In this document: positions 38,053 through 48,069 of the stretch, one piece after another
How positions within the stretch are numbered: the stretch's first letter is position 1
How the letters are laid out: each line of letters starts with the position of its first letter
Source: a bacterium
GTDB taxonomy: Bacteria > Zhuqueibacterota > Zhuqueibacteria > Oleimicrobiales > Geothermoviventaceae
NCBI GenBank assembly: GCA_028275345.1
Contig: JAPWUV010000008.1
Span: 140,872 to 204,871, forward strand
DNA: 64,000 bases
Reading direction: 5' to 3'
The notes under the pieces: model-generated
Told to the model about the DNA's origin: nothing
What the model saw: only the letters and a program-made list of their open reading frames with translations
Databases searched by the model: none
Made by a program: the position numbers and the translations under genes

Positions 38053-38220
38053 TGGTCCCCGTTGGCGGGGGATGTCGAGAGTCTGATCTCAGGACGCAGG
38101 AGCTTTTCCGGGGAGGAACGGAGGAAGGAGCCGCAGGGTTAAACCTGCGAATCGTGAGGTGGGGCTGCGCTTACGGCGGATGCCAAGTGGTTGCAAGGGA
38201 GCGAGTGAGGACTGGGAGAA

Positions 38221-41200
38221 ATGGCGAATATCTTCGCGAAAATCTTCGGTACGAAGCACGAGCGGGACATCAAGAAGATCATGCCGATCGTCCGGCAGAT
38301 CAACGAACTGTATGAGTCCTTCCACAGCCTGACGGACGAACAGCTTCGCGCGAAGACGCTGGAGTTCAAGGACCGGATTCGCCAACGGGTGGAGCCGATC
38401 CAGCGGCGGATTGCGGAGCTCGAGGAGCTGCTGCGCGCCGACGTGATCTCGGGGGACGGCCGGGAGGCTGTGGTCCCGGAGCGTATCCGCGAGGAAATTG
38501 CGCAGCTGGAGGACGAGGAATTCCGCGTCACCCAGCAGGTACTGGACGAGATTCTCCCCGAAGCCTACGCCGCCGTCAAGGAGACCTGCCGTCGCCTGGT
38601 TGGGCAGCGCTGGAAAGTGACGGGGCACGAGATCGAGTGGGACATGATCCCCTTTGACGTGCAGCTCATCGGGGCCGTGGTTTTGCACCAGGGGAAGATC
38701 GCTGAAATGGCCACGGGAGAAGGGAAGACGCTCGTGGCCACCATGCCGCTTTACCTGAACGCCCTGCCCGGCAAGGGTGTGCATCTCGTGACGGTGAACG
38801 ATTACCTGGCGCAGCGCGACGCAGAGTGGATGGGCAAGATCTACGAGTTCCTCGGACTGAGCGTAGCCTACATCACCAACGACATGACCCCGCCGCAGCG
38901 GAAGAAGGCGTACCAGGCGGACATCACCTACGGCACCAACAACGAATTCGGGTTCGATTACCTCCGCGACAATATGGCCATTCGACTCGAAGACCAGGTT
39001 CAGCGTGGCCACTACTACGCCATCATCGACGAGGTGGACTCGGTACTCATCGACGAAGCCCGTACGCCGCTGATCATCTCCGGACCGGTGGAGCACTCGT
39101 TCCACCGCTTCACCGAGATGAAGCCGCTGGTGGAGTCGCTGGTGCGCAAACAGACCCACCTCGTGAACTCCATTGTGGCTGAGGCTGAGCGGCTCCTTGA
39201 GGAGGGGAAAGAGTACGAGGCGGGCATTCGCCTGCTCCAGGCACTGCGCGGCGCTCCGAAGAACAAACGCTTGATGAAGCTCCTGCTGGAGCCCGGGATC
39301 AAGAAGCTCATCAATCACGTGGAGAACGATTTCCTCCGCGACAAGCGGATGCACGAGATCGACGAGGAGCTGTACTTCGTCATCGACGAGCGCAGCCACA
39401 CCATTGATCTGACCGAAAAAGGCCGGGAGGAGCTGTCGCCCTCGGATCCCGAGCTCTTCGTGATCCCGGATCTCGGGACCGAGCTCGCCAAGATCGCCGA
39501 CGACGAGACGCTCAGTCCGGAGGAGAAGATACGGAAGCGAGAGGAGATCGAGCAGCTCCATGCCGAGCGGAGCGAACGGGTTCACAACATCTCCCAGCTG
39601 CTGCGGGCCTATTCTCTTTTCGAACGGGACGTCGATTACATCGTGACCGAAGACGGCCGGGTGGTGATCGTCGACGAGTTCACCGGCCGGTTGATGCCAG
39701 GGAGGCGCTACTCCGACGGTCTCCATCAGGCTCTGGAGGCCAAAGAAGGGGTGAAGATCGAGCGAGAAACTCAGACGCTGGCGACGATCACGCTGCAGAA
39801 CTACTTCCGCAAGTACCGAAAGTTGGCCGGCATGACGGGGACGGCAGCCACCGAGGCGCACGAGTTCTGGGAGATCTACAAACTGGACGTGGTGGTGATC
39901 CCCACAAACAAGCCGGTGCGGCGTATCGACTACGATGACGTGGTTTACCGCACGAAGCGGGAGAAGTATAACGCGATCATCCAAGAGATCGAAGAGCTGT
40001 ACAAACAGAAACGGCCGGTGCTTGTGGGCACAACCTCGGTGGAAGTGTCGGAAACTCTGAGCCGGATGCTGCGCCGGCGGGGGATCCCGCACAACGTCCT
40101 GAACGCCAAGTACCACCAGAAGGAAGCGGAGATCGTAGCCCGTGCGGGGCAGCCTGGTGCCGTCACGATCGCCACCAACATGGCCGGGCGCGGGACGGAC
40201 ATCAAGCTGGGTCCCGGGGTGGTGAAGCATCCGAATTGCGCGCTGGTGAAGCCCGAGCCGGGGATGGAGCCGTGTCCGTACCTGCACGAATACAACTGTT
40301 ACGAGGATGTGCCGTGCGGGCTGAGGATCATCGGCACCGAGCGGCATGAGGCGCGGCGCATTGACCTCCAGCTCCGAGGCCGTGCGGGACGCCAAGGCGA
40401 TCCCGGCTCTTCCCGTTTCTACCTTTCCCTGGAAGACGACCTGATGCGGCTGTTCGGCTCCGATCGGATCGCTGCGATCATGGATCGGCTCGGGGTGCAG
40501 GAAGGCGAGGTCATTACGCATCGCATGGTGAGCAAGTCCATCGAGCGTGCGCAGAAACGGGTGGAGTTGCAGAACTTCGAGATTCGGAAGCACTTGCTCG
40601 AGTACGATGACGTGATGAACCGGCAGCGCGAAGTCATCTACGCGATGCGGAATCAGGCGCTGCGGGGCGAGAACCTGCGCCAGGACATCATGGATCGGAT
40701 CGAACAATTCGCCGACGACCTGGTGGCAAAGTATACATCCAACAGCAAGTATCCGGACGACTGGAACTGGGAAGGCCTGGAGCGGGATTTCATGCGGACT
40801 GTCCGCAGACCGCTCGTCATTCCCGAACAAGAACGCGAGACGATGAAACCGGAGGATCTGTTCGCGAAGGTCCGCGATCAGGCGGTGCAGGCCTACGTGG
40901 AGAAAGAGAAGGCGGTGGGCGAGCCAGCGATGCGCCAGCTAGAGCGCCTGGCCACCTTGTACGTGATCGACGACCGGTGGCGGGATCACCTGTACGCGAT
41001 GGATCAGCTCAAAGAGGGAATTGGCCTTCGCGCGTACGGCCAGAAGGATCCTCTGATCGAGTACAAGAGCGAGAGCTTCAACATGTTCCAGGAGCTGCTG
41101 GAGGATATCAATCGCTCCGTCCTCGAATTGATCTTCAAGGCGCAAGTCACGGTGGAAGCGCCGATGCCGGTCCGTCGCAGGCGCCCTGTGCCGGAGCAGC

Positions 41201-41406
41201 TGCAAGCGGTGCATGCGCCTGCGGTTGGGATGGGGCTTGCGGCTGGGGCTCCACCCTCGGAGGCGGCCCAGGTTAGCGCATCCCAGGCCGGTGCTGGGCA
41301 GATCAAGCGGCAGCCCATCAAGCTGGGTCAAAAGATCGGCCGCAATGATCCTTGCTGGTGCGGTAGCGGGAAAAAGTATAAGCATTGCCACGGCCGCCTG
41401 GAATAG
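38221..41406 (+). CDS. secA: Preprotein translocase ATPase SecA
   Basis: MATGEGKTLVAT, DEVDSVLIDEARTPLIISG, GTERHEARRIDLQLRGRAGRQGDPG, C-terminal zinc motif CWCGSGKKYKHCHG. Confidence 0.97.
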   Translation: MANIFAKIFGTKHERDIKKIMPIVRQINELYESFHSLTDEQLRAKTLEFKDRIRQRVEPIQRRIAELEELLRADVISGDGREAVVPERIREEIAQLEDEEFRVTQQVLDEILPEAYAAVKETCRRLVGQRWKVTGHEIEWDMIPFDVQLIGAVVLHQGKIAEMATGEGKTLVATMPLYLNALPGKGVHLVTVNDYLAQRDAEWMGKIYEFLGLSVAYITNDMTPPQRKKAYQADITYGTNNEFGFDYLRDNMAIRLEDQVQRGHYYAIIDEVDSVLIDEARTPLIISGPVEHSFHRFTEMKPLVESLVRKQTHLVNSIVAEAERLLEEGKEYEAGIRLLQALRGAPKNKRLMKLLLEPGIKKLINHVENDFLRDKRMHEIDEELYFVIDERSHTIDLTEKGREELSPSDPELFVIPDLGTELAKIADDETLSPEEKIRKREEIEQLHAERSERVHNISQLLRAYSLFERDVDYIVTEDGRVVIVDEFTGRLMPGRRYSDGLHQALEAKEGVKIERETQTLATITLQNYFRKYRKLAGMTGTAATEAHEFWEIYKLDVVVIPTNKPVRRIDYDDVVYRTKREKYNAIIQEIEELYKQKRPVLVGTTSVEVSETLSRMLRRRGIPHNVLNAKYHQKEAEIVARAGQPGAVTIATNMAGRGTDIKLGPGVVKHPNCALVKPEPGMEPCPYLHEYNCYEDVPCGLRIIGTERHEARRIDLQLRGRAGRQGDPGSSRFYLSLEDDLMRLFGSDRIAAIMDRLGVQEGEVITHRMVSKSIERAQKRVELQNFEIRKHLLEYDDVMNRQREVIYAMRNQALRGENLRQDIMDRIEQFADDLVAKYTSNSKYPDDWNWEGLERDFMRTVRRPLVIPEQERETMKPEDLFAKVRDQAVQAYVEKEKAVGEPAMRQLERLATLYVIDDRWRDHLYAMDQLKEGIGLRAYGQKDPLIEYKSESFNMFQELLEDINRSVLELIFKAQVTVEAPMPVRRRRPVPEQLQAVHAPAVGMGLAAGAPPSEAAQVSASQAGAGQIKRQPIKLGQKIGRNDPCWCGSGKKYKHCHGRLE

Positions 41407-41696
41407 GGGGCCATTCAGGCTTCGTTCCGGGGGTATGGCATTGGAAGCGGGGTTGGCGCTTTTCGGGTGATCGGGGGCTTCCACCACGGGCCGACGGAAC
41501 CCCGCCGCGGGGTTCAGAAGTTGACGACGCTGCCGATACACTGGATGAATCTCCAGGCCGATTTCCGGCGGTGGAAGTTCTTCAGAAGGGCGCATCTGCG
41601 CGTAGAAAAATACTGAAAACATCTGGCAGGCTGCCGACCCGAATGAGAAGCGATGCTTCAAGGGGAGCCAAGGCTGTGAAATGTTGATAAAAACCC

Positions 41697-41724
41697 TTGA
41701 TTTTACTGGACTGCTTCCTATATT
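41697..41724 (+). promoter_or_regulatory. Sigma70-like promoter candidate for smg-topA (TTGATT-16 nt-TATATT)
   Basis: -35 at 41697-41702, -10 TATATT at 41719-41724 followed by CGG, about 50 nt upstream of the smg ATG. Confidence 0.45.
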
Positions 41725-41776
41725 CGGGGCGTCGTTGTGGGGGAATAAGAGCAGGTCAGGCCTGGAGGGAGAGAAA

Positions 41777-42244
41777 ATGAACGAGCGCGTCATCGAGATT
41801 CTGGTCTACATCATGTCGGAGATTCGGAATCGACGGACCGGAATTGGACGGCTGGAGGCGCTCTCGCAGGACCTGCTGGAACAGGGATACAGTGAAAGCG
41901 AGATCAGCTCGGCGTTTGCCTGGCTTTTCGAGCGGATGGACCAGGACCTGGAACGGCTGGACGAGGAGTTTGGACCCACAGGCCATCCCACCTTCCGAAT
42001 CCTCCACGAGGCGGAACGCGCCGTGATCCAACCGGAGGCCTACGGCTATCTCCTGCAGCTTCACGACCTGGGGATCATCGACGAGGCGGAGATGGAGGCG
42101 GCCATCGACCGCGCCATGCTGCTCGGCACCAACACGGTGGACGTGGACACGATGCGTTCGATCGTGGCTTCCATCCTGTTCAACAGCGACTTCCCCTTCG
42201 GGAGCTCTTCCTTGTTCTTCGAGGGGAACACCACCATCCACTGA
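41777..42244 (+). CDS. smg: Smg-like protein (DUF494)
   Basis: The N-terminus (VIEILVYIMSEI...LSQDLLEQGYSESEISSAFAWL) resembles Smg/DUF494. Its position immediately upstream of topA matches the classic smg-topA linkage. Confidence 0.7.
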   Translation: MNERVIEILVYIMSEIRNRRTGIGRLEALSQDLLEQGYSESEISSAFAWLFERMDQDLERLDEEFGPTGHPTFRILHEAERAVIQPEAYGYLLQLHDLGIIDEAEMEAAIDRAMLLGTNTVDVDTMRSIVASILFNSDFPFGSSSLFFEGNTTIH

Positions 42245-42339
42245 GGCATTACAGCTTGTAGCGAAAACCGGGCAGAAACGGCGATTCGACGGTTCGGCAG
42301 CGCACGGAATCGGACGGGAAGACCTGCGACGAGGAGAGG

Positions 42340-44613
42340 ATGAAGAAAGCGCTCGTCATCGTGGAGTCCGTCGCAAAGACGAAGACCATCAACAAGTTTC
42401 TGGGGGATCGCTTCCGCGTGATGTATTCCATGGGCCACGTGATGGACCTACCGCAGCGGAAGCTGGGGGTGGACATCGAAAACGGCTTCGAGCCCCGCTT
42501 CATCAAGATCCGCAAGAAGGAAGACATCGTCAAGAAGCTGCAGCAGGCGGCGGCGGAATCCGACGTCGTGTATGTCGCCACCGACCCGGACCGCGAAGGG
42601 GAGGCCATTGCCTGGCACCTGGCGCAACTCCTGAAGCGATCCAATCCGAACATCAAGCGCATCCTGTTCAATGAGATCACCGAGAGCGCCGTCAAACGGG
42701 CCATCGAAAACCCCCTCGAGATTGATCAGGACAAGGTGGAGGCCCAGAAGGCGCGGCGGGTATTGGACCGGCTAGTCGGCTACCAAGTGAGCCCCATTCT
42801 GTGGACGACCCTGTATCGGGGACTGAGCGCGGGCCGGGTGCAGACGGTGGCTCTGCGGCTTATCTGCGAGCGCGAAGAACAGATCGAGAAGTTCGTGCCG
42901 CAGGAGTACTGGACCATCACGGCCGAACTTCGGGATTCCGAGGGGGAGAAGTTCCGTAGTCGCCTCATCCGGATCGACGGCAAGAAGTGCGAAATCACCA
43001 ACGGGATCCGCGCCCAGGCCATCGTCGACGATCTCAAGCGACAAATCTTCACCGTCACACACATCGAGCACAAGGAGGTGTCACGGAATCCCTCTCCGCC
43101 CTTCACCACGAGCACGATGCAGCAGGAGGCGTCGAAACGTCTGGGCTTCACGACGAAGCGCACGATGACCGTGGCGCAGCAACTCTACGAAGGCGTGGAG
43201 CTGGGCGAGGAGGGCAGCGTGGGCTTGATCACCTACATGCGTACAGACTCCACCCGTATCGCCGAAGAGGCCCTCTCTGCGGTTCGAGAATACATCGCCT
43301 CGGCCTACGGCACGGACTACCTGCCCCGAGAGCCGAGGCGTTTCAAGGCGAAAGCCAACGCTCAGGACGCTCACGAGGCCATCCGCCCTACGTCGATGGC
43401 GCGCGAGCCGAAGAAGATCAAGAAGTACCTGACGCCCGATCAGTACAAGCTGTACGAGCTGATCTGGAATCGCTTTGTGGCGTCGCAGATGGCCCCCGCC
43501 AGGTTCGAGCGGGTGACTATCGACATTGAGGCAGGTACCGCACCGCACTACCTTTTCCGCACTACCGGTTCGTTCGTGATTTTCCGTGGATACCTGCAGG
43601 TCTGGGAAGACGTGAAAGAACCCGAGATGGAGGAGGGGGAGGAACCGGAGGAGATGGCAGTGCCCCGGAAGATCCGGGAGGGGGAGGTGCTCCGCCTGGT
43701 GGACCTCATTCCGGAGCAGCATTTCACCAAGCCACCGGCTCGCTATTCCGAGAGCAGCTTGGTGAAGGAGCTGGATGCCCTGGGAATTGGCAGGCCGTCT
43801 ACGTACGCTCTGATCATTAGCACCTTGCTCGATCGCCGCTACGTGGAGCGCTCGGGGCGCCAGCTCGTTCCGACACAACTTGGCAGGCTAGTGAACGGAA
43901 TCCTCGTGGAGCACTTCCCAGACATCTTCAACGTGGGCTTCACCGCGCAGATGGAAGAACAGCTGGACAAGATCGAATCGGGGCAGAAGGACTTCCTCTC
44001 GGTGGTCAAGGCCTTCTACGGTCCGTTCAGTCAGGCTTTACATCGGATGCAAAATCAGGCGGAGGCATTGCGCGAGTCTCTGACCGAGCAGACCAACGAG
44101 AAATGCCCGGTGTGCGGTGGTCGGTTGATCATCAAATGGGGGCGCCTTGGGCGTTTCTACGCCTGCGAGCGGTATCCAGAGGAGTGCAGCTTCACGAAAT
44201 CCGCGGACGGCGATGTCGTGGACAATGGGGAGGTGTGCGACGTCTGCGGCAGGCCGATGATCGTAAAGGTAGGTCGCTTCGGACGGTTCCTGGCCTGTTC
44301 TGGCTACCCGGAGTGCAAGAACACGAAGCCGTATTCCATTGGGGTCCCGTGCCCGCGGCCGGATTGCGATGGGAAGCTTGTGGAGAGGCGGTCGCGGCGC
44401 GGCCGGATCTTCTACGGTTGCAGCAACTACCCAAAGTGCACCTTCACGAGCTGGTATAAGCCGGTCTCGATCGAATGTCCTGCGTGCGGGAATCCGTATC
44501 TGGAAGAGCGGACTTCTCAGCAGCGGGGTGTGTACTACGTGTGTCCTGCTTGCAAGCAGGAGTTTGATGCGGAAACGGTCCAGCTGGACGAAGCTGTTGG
44601 TTTCAGTTCCTGA
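42340..44613 (+). CDS. topA: DNA topoisomerase I
   Basis: Toprim N-terminus (LVIVESVAKTKTI, DPDREGEAI), active-site Tyr context ITYMRTDS, several C-terminal C4 zinc ribbons (CPVCGG..CE, CDVCGRP..C, CPRPDCDG..C, CPACGN..CPAC). Confidence 0.97.
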   Translation: MKKALVIVESVAKTKTINKFLGDRFRVMYSMGHVMDLPQRKLGVDIENGFEPRFIKIRKKEDIVKKLQQAAAESDVVYVATDPDREGEAIAWHLAQLLKRSNPNIKRILFNEITESAVKRAIENPLEIDQDKVEAQKARRVLDRLVGYQVSPILWTTLYRGLSAGRVQTVALRLICEREEQIEKFVPQEYWTITAELRDSEGEKFRSRLIRIDGKKCEITNGIRAQAIVDDLKRQIFTVTHIEHKEVSRNPSPPFTTSTMQQEASKRLGFTTKRTMTVAQQLYEGVELGEEGSVGLITYMRTDSTRIAEEALSAVREYIASAYGTDYLPREPRRFKAKANAQDAHEAIRPTSMAREPKKIKKYLTPDQYKLYELIWNRFVASQMAPARFERVTIDIEAGTAPHYLFRTTGSFVIFRGYLQVWEDVKEPEMEEGEEPEEMAVPRKIREGEVLRLVDLIPEQHFTKPPARYSESSLVKELDALGIGRPSTYALIISTLLDRRYVERSGRQLVPTQLGRLVNGILVEHFPDIFNVGFTAQMEEQLDKIESGQKDFLSVVKAFYGPFSQALHRMQNQAEALRESLTEQTNEKCPVCGGRLIIKWGRLGRFYACERYPEECSFTKSADGDVVDNGEVCDVCGRPMIVKVGRFGRFLACSGYPECKNTKPYSIGVPCPRPDCDGKLVERRSRRGRIFYGCSNYPKCTFTSWYKPVSIECPACGNPYLEERTSQQRGVYYVCPACKQEFDAETVQLDEAVGFSS

Positions 44614-45529
44614 ACTGTCGCGATGGCGCGAGCAGTTCCTGCAAAGTCTGCAGTTCGAGAGGAACTACTCGCCCCACACGCTGCGAGCCTACGACACGGA
44701 TTTGCGGCAGTTCGAAAGGTACTGGGCGGAAAAGGGGCCTGGTAGGCGGTGGGAACTGTCCCGCCAGGCGTTCCGGACCTACTTCGGGACGCTGGCGCGC
44801 GAGGGGCTGGACAGTCGATCCGTCGCCCGAAAAATGGCTTGCCTGCGATCCTTTTTCCGATTCGTTGTGTCGCGGGGAGGGGTGGATTTCAACCCTCTCT
44901 CGGCCCTGCCACTGCCGAAATCCAGCAAGAAGCTTCCGCGTCACCTCAGCCTTGAGACCGTCCTTGCCGCCCTCTCGCTGCCCGACAAGAGTACGGCGAC
45001 TGGCGTGCGGGATAGCGCGATCCTTGAGCTATTCTACGGGACGGGGATCCGCCTCTCGGAGCTGGCCGAGCTTCGTCTGGAAAATGTGGACCTGCGGCAA
45101 GGGCAACTTCGCGTCCTTGGAAAAGGCGGGAAGGAACGGATCGTGCCCATGGGCAAAGCGGCTGCCCGTGCCCTGTCCGACTACCTCACCGTTCGGTCAG
45201 CCTTAGCCCAAATGGCTTCGGGTGTATCCTCCCACGTTTTTCTCGGGCGGCGGGGCCGGCCGCTATCCAGACGTACCATTCAGCGAATTGTGCGCAAGTA
45301 TCTTTCTCAGGTGGACGATAGCGGGGCGTGGTTCCCGCATGCACTTCGTCACTCCTTCGCCACGCACTTGCTGGACGAGGGAGCGGACCTCCTGGCTGTG
45401 AAGGAGTTGCTCGGACACAGTAGCCTTTCCACCACGCAGATCTACACCCACGTTTCCACGGAAAGGCTGAAGCAAGTGTATCGACAAGCGCATCCGAGAT
45501 CGCGGAGGGTGAATCGAAAGGCCGGCTAG
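44597..45529 (+). CDS. Tyrosine site-specific recombinase, XerC/XerD family
   Basis: N-terminal SAM-like core-binding domain (NYSPHTLRAYDTDLRQF). Catalytic residues in TGIRLSEL, HALRHSFATHLL, LLGHSSLSTTQIYTHV. There is no in-frame ATG/GTG near the expected start. TTG at 44597 is proposed and overlaps the topA stop. Confidence 0.82.
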   Translation: MVSVPELSRWREQFLQSLQFERNYSPHTLRAYDTDLRQFERYWAEKGPGRRWELSRQAFRTYFGTLAREGLDSRSVARKMACLRSFFRFVVSRGGVDFNPLSALPLPKSSKKLPRHLSLETVLAALSLPDKSTATGVRDSAILELFYGTGIRLSELAELRLENVDLRQGQLRVLGKGGKERIVPMGKAAARALSDYLTVRSALAQMASGVSSHVFLGRRGRPLSRRTIQRIVRKYLSQVDDSGAWFPHALRHSFATHLLDEGADLLAVKELLGHSSLSTTQIYTHVSTERLKQVYRQAHPRSRRVNRKAG

Positions 45530-45635
45530 CCGGTGGGCAAAAGGAGGTGGTGACGAGAAGGTCTTGGTGGTCCCAGGAAGCGGATGTCCCGGTTTTCACG
45601 ACATCCACCGAAAATGGATCAGGAGGAGGACGGCT

Positions 45636-45983
45636 ATGCGATACCGGTTGACAGCAAGGCACTTCAATCCTTCCGATGGTCTGAAGAAGTACATCGACAA
45701 GCAAGTGAGGCGGCTCCAGAAGTTCTACCGAGGGATTATTGATTGCGAAGTCATTCTCTATCCGGAGAAGCTTCTCCAGGTGGCGGAAATTCAGCTGAAG
45801 ATCGACAGCGCGCTGTTGACGGCGGTCGAGAAGTCGGAGGATATGTTCAAGTCGGTGGACCTGGCTGTGGAGAAGATCGAACGGCAGTTGAAGAAGCACA
45901 AGGAGAGGCGCCAGGATCACAACGGCGAGAAACTGGGGATGCTTTTCTCCCGCGAAGAGGGAGAAACGGAGTCGGAAGAATAG
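45636..45983 (+). CDS. hpf: Ribosome hibernation promoting factor (HPF/RaiA family, short form)
   Basis: The sequence from ITARHF-like RLTARHFNPSDGLKKYIDKQVRRLQKFY to VDLAVEKIERQLKKHKER matches the family. ATG at 45636 with AGGAGGAGGA RBS. Confidence 0.88.
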   Translation: MRYRLTARHFNPSDGLKKYIDKQVRRLQKFYRGIIDCEVILYPEKLLQVAEIQLKIDSALLTAVEKSEDMFKSVDLAVEKIERQLKKHKERRQDHNGEKLGMLFSREEGETESEE

Positions 45984-46050
45984 TCCATCGCGTGAGCTCA
46001 GGGGCCCTGCCGGACGGCGGGGCCCTGAAGCTCGCAGGGGCGAGATCGCG

Positions 46051-47010
46051 ATGTCCAAGCTGACAGTACGTACGTTATTCGAAGAGAACCGCGAGCGGCT
46101 CCAGTTGTCCGTAATCAACGGGGAGTACAGCTTCGATCGGCTGATCCTGGAGCCGGATCTCCATCGGCCGGGCCTCGCCCTGGCCGGCTTCACTGAGGTG
46201 TTCACCTACCAGCGGATCCAGATCATCGGGAACACGGAAAGCCGCTACCTCGAGCGCCTTTCTGCGGAGGAACGAGAGAGAATCCTTGAAAAGGTGCTAT
46301 CTTTTGCGATCCCCTGCATCATCGTAACGGACAGCAATCGCGTAGCGCCGGAACTCCATCGCATCGCCAGCGAGAAGGGCGTCACGCTCTTCGGCACGCC
46401 CATCAACACTACCCAGCTGATACAGCTTCTCAGCGAGTATCTGGATGACCGCTTCGCGCCGCGGCTGATGGTCCACGGGACGTTGGTGGACGTGTACGGG
46501 ATCGGCGTCCTGATCACGGGACGCAGCGCCATTGGGAAGAGCGAGGTAGCTCTGGACCTGGTGGAACGTGGCCACAGGCTCGTGGCCGACGACGTGGTGC
46601 ACATCGTCCGGAAAGCGGATGGCGTCCTCATGGGCTCGGCCAGCGATCTGTTGCAGCAGCACATGGAGATCCGCGGCTTGGGGATCATTGACGTGCGGGC
46701 GCTCTTCGGCATCCGAGCGGTGCGAATGCAGAAACGAGTGGAGGTGGAAGTTCACCTCGAGGAATGGGATTCAAGCCAGGATTACGAACGGCTCGGCCTG
46801 GACGAACACTACACGGAGTACCTGGGGGTCAAGATTCCCATTGTCCGCTTGCCCATCTTCCCCGGGAAGAACGTCACGGTGATCGTGGAGGTCATCGCCC
46901 TCAATCAGCTCCTCAAGATCTACGGCACCGACTCGGCCAAGGAGTTCAGCCAGAAGCTCTTGAAGCTACTCCAAAGCCGGCGGGCGTACCTGACGGGCGA
47001 TCTGGAATAG
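46051..47010 (+). CDS. hprK: HPr kinase/phosphorylase
   Basis: P-loop GVLITGRSAIGKSEVALDL, RGHRLVADD, EIRGLGIIDV. Confidence 0.93.
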   Translation: MSKLTVRTLFEENRERLQLSVINGEYSFDRLILEPDLHRPGLALAGFTEVFTYQRIQIIGNTESRYLERLSAEERERILEKVLSFAIPCIIVTDSNRVAPELHRIASEKGVTLFGTPINTTQLIQLLSEYLDDRFAPRLMVHGTLVDVYGIGVLITGRSAIGKSEVALDLVERGHRLVADDVVHIVRKADGVLMGSASDLLQQHMEIRGLGIIDVRALFGIRAVRMQKRVEVEVHLEEWDSSQDYERLGLDEHYTEYLGVKIPIVRLPIFPGKNVTVIVEVIALNQLLKIYGTDSAKEFSQKLLKLLQSRRAYLTGDLE

Positions 47011-47140
47011 CTCGTTGCACAGTCTCGCGGGGCTCACCCCGCCCCAGAGCCAGGCCCTGCGCCCAAAGTGAGGCGGCGGGAAACCGGCTTTGCGCAGCGG
47101 GAGGCGAAAGACCCCGTGATCGGCCTTTCCGGCGGGAGGG

Positions 47141-48037
47141 CTAGCGTGCGAATTCGAATTCGATACGAGTGATCTTGCCTCGAAAGTAGGGTCGGAGTTT
47201 CCCCTCCACGATCCATCCGACGGAGCCCTCGAGGGGGATCAACATCCCGTGGAGTCGTGTGTAGTTGCCCACGCGGACTAGCCACGGGGCGGGAACGGTT
47301 CTGCCCTGGGTGAGCCGGGGCCGGGATTTGCACCGGATCGTCCGCACCAGATGGTCGTCCCCAAACTCGAAGAGCAATTCCGCGGTTGCGTGTCCATCGC
47401 TCAGCTGCGCCATTGCCCGGCGATCGTCGATGGCTCTCCAGCTAACCCCCTGGCTCGGAAGGAGGGCGGTAGGGTACCAGATGGCCTCCGCCAGGAACCG
47501 GATGAGCTCCCCAACCGCTAGCTCGGGAGAAGGTTCCTGCTTTGCCACAGGGAGGAGGCCCCACAGGCTCGCCACGAGGGTGCCCTCACCAGCGGTGTAG
47601 GCGTCCACAACCCGAATGGGAAAGCCCGGGGCGATTGTCATGCGCGCGTTCCATACGAATCCTGCGGGACGTGGGACTACCCGCTGCTCGGCTCGGAAGC
47701 GGACCCATCGCTCGCCCTTTTCGCTCAGGTTGAACCAGCCGTCCTGTTGGAGGCGAACCGTGGTGATGATCTTCTGACCGTCTGTCAGAGCCGAACGCAA
47801 ATACCGCTGTACGGGCGGGGGCAGGTCTTTGAGCTCGTCCTTGTCGTAAGGGGTGACTTCGGAGGGTTCCCATGTTTCCAGCCGCCGGGTCAGTCGAGCC
47901 AGCTGGGAGCTCCAGCTGAGCGATCCCACGGCATTGGCGGCCGCAAGCAAGGCAGCGACCGCCCCAATCGAGAAGGCGATTCCTTTCCACCACACGATTC
48001 CACCACATGATTTTGGCCCCCACGCGGGGGGCATCAT
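47141..48037 (-). CDS. Hypothetical membrane-anchored protein (298 aa)
   Basis: One N-terminal TM segment, then a globular domain with coding-like composition. No family confidently recognised. One of only two minus-strand genes. Confidence 0.6.
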   Translation of the reverse strand: MMPPAWGPKSCGGIVWWKGIAFSIGAVAALLAAANAVGSLSWSSQLARLTRRLETWEPSEVTPYDKDELKDLPPPVQRYLRSALTDGQKIITTVRLQQDGWFNLSEKGERWVRFRAEQRVVPRPAGFVWNARMTIAPGFPIRVVDAYTAGEGTLVASLWGLLPVAKQEPSPELAVGELIRFLAEAIWYPTALLPSQGVSWRAIDDRRAMAQLSDGHATAELLFEFGDDHLVRTIRCKSRPRLTQGRTVPAPWLVRVGNYTRLHGMLIPLEGSVGWIVEGKLRPYFRGKITRIEFEFAR

Positions 48038-48069
48038 TTCGCCCGCATTTCGCGGGCTCGGCTACGAGC

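Noticed and set aside
38089-40830. 913-aa ORF on the minus strand
   Set aside because: It lies entirely antisense to secA, whose motifs are unmistakable. The translation is Arg/Leu/Pro/His-rich with no motifs. Long antisense ORFs are expected in GC-rich DNA because stop codons are depleted.
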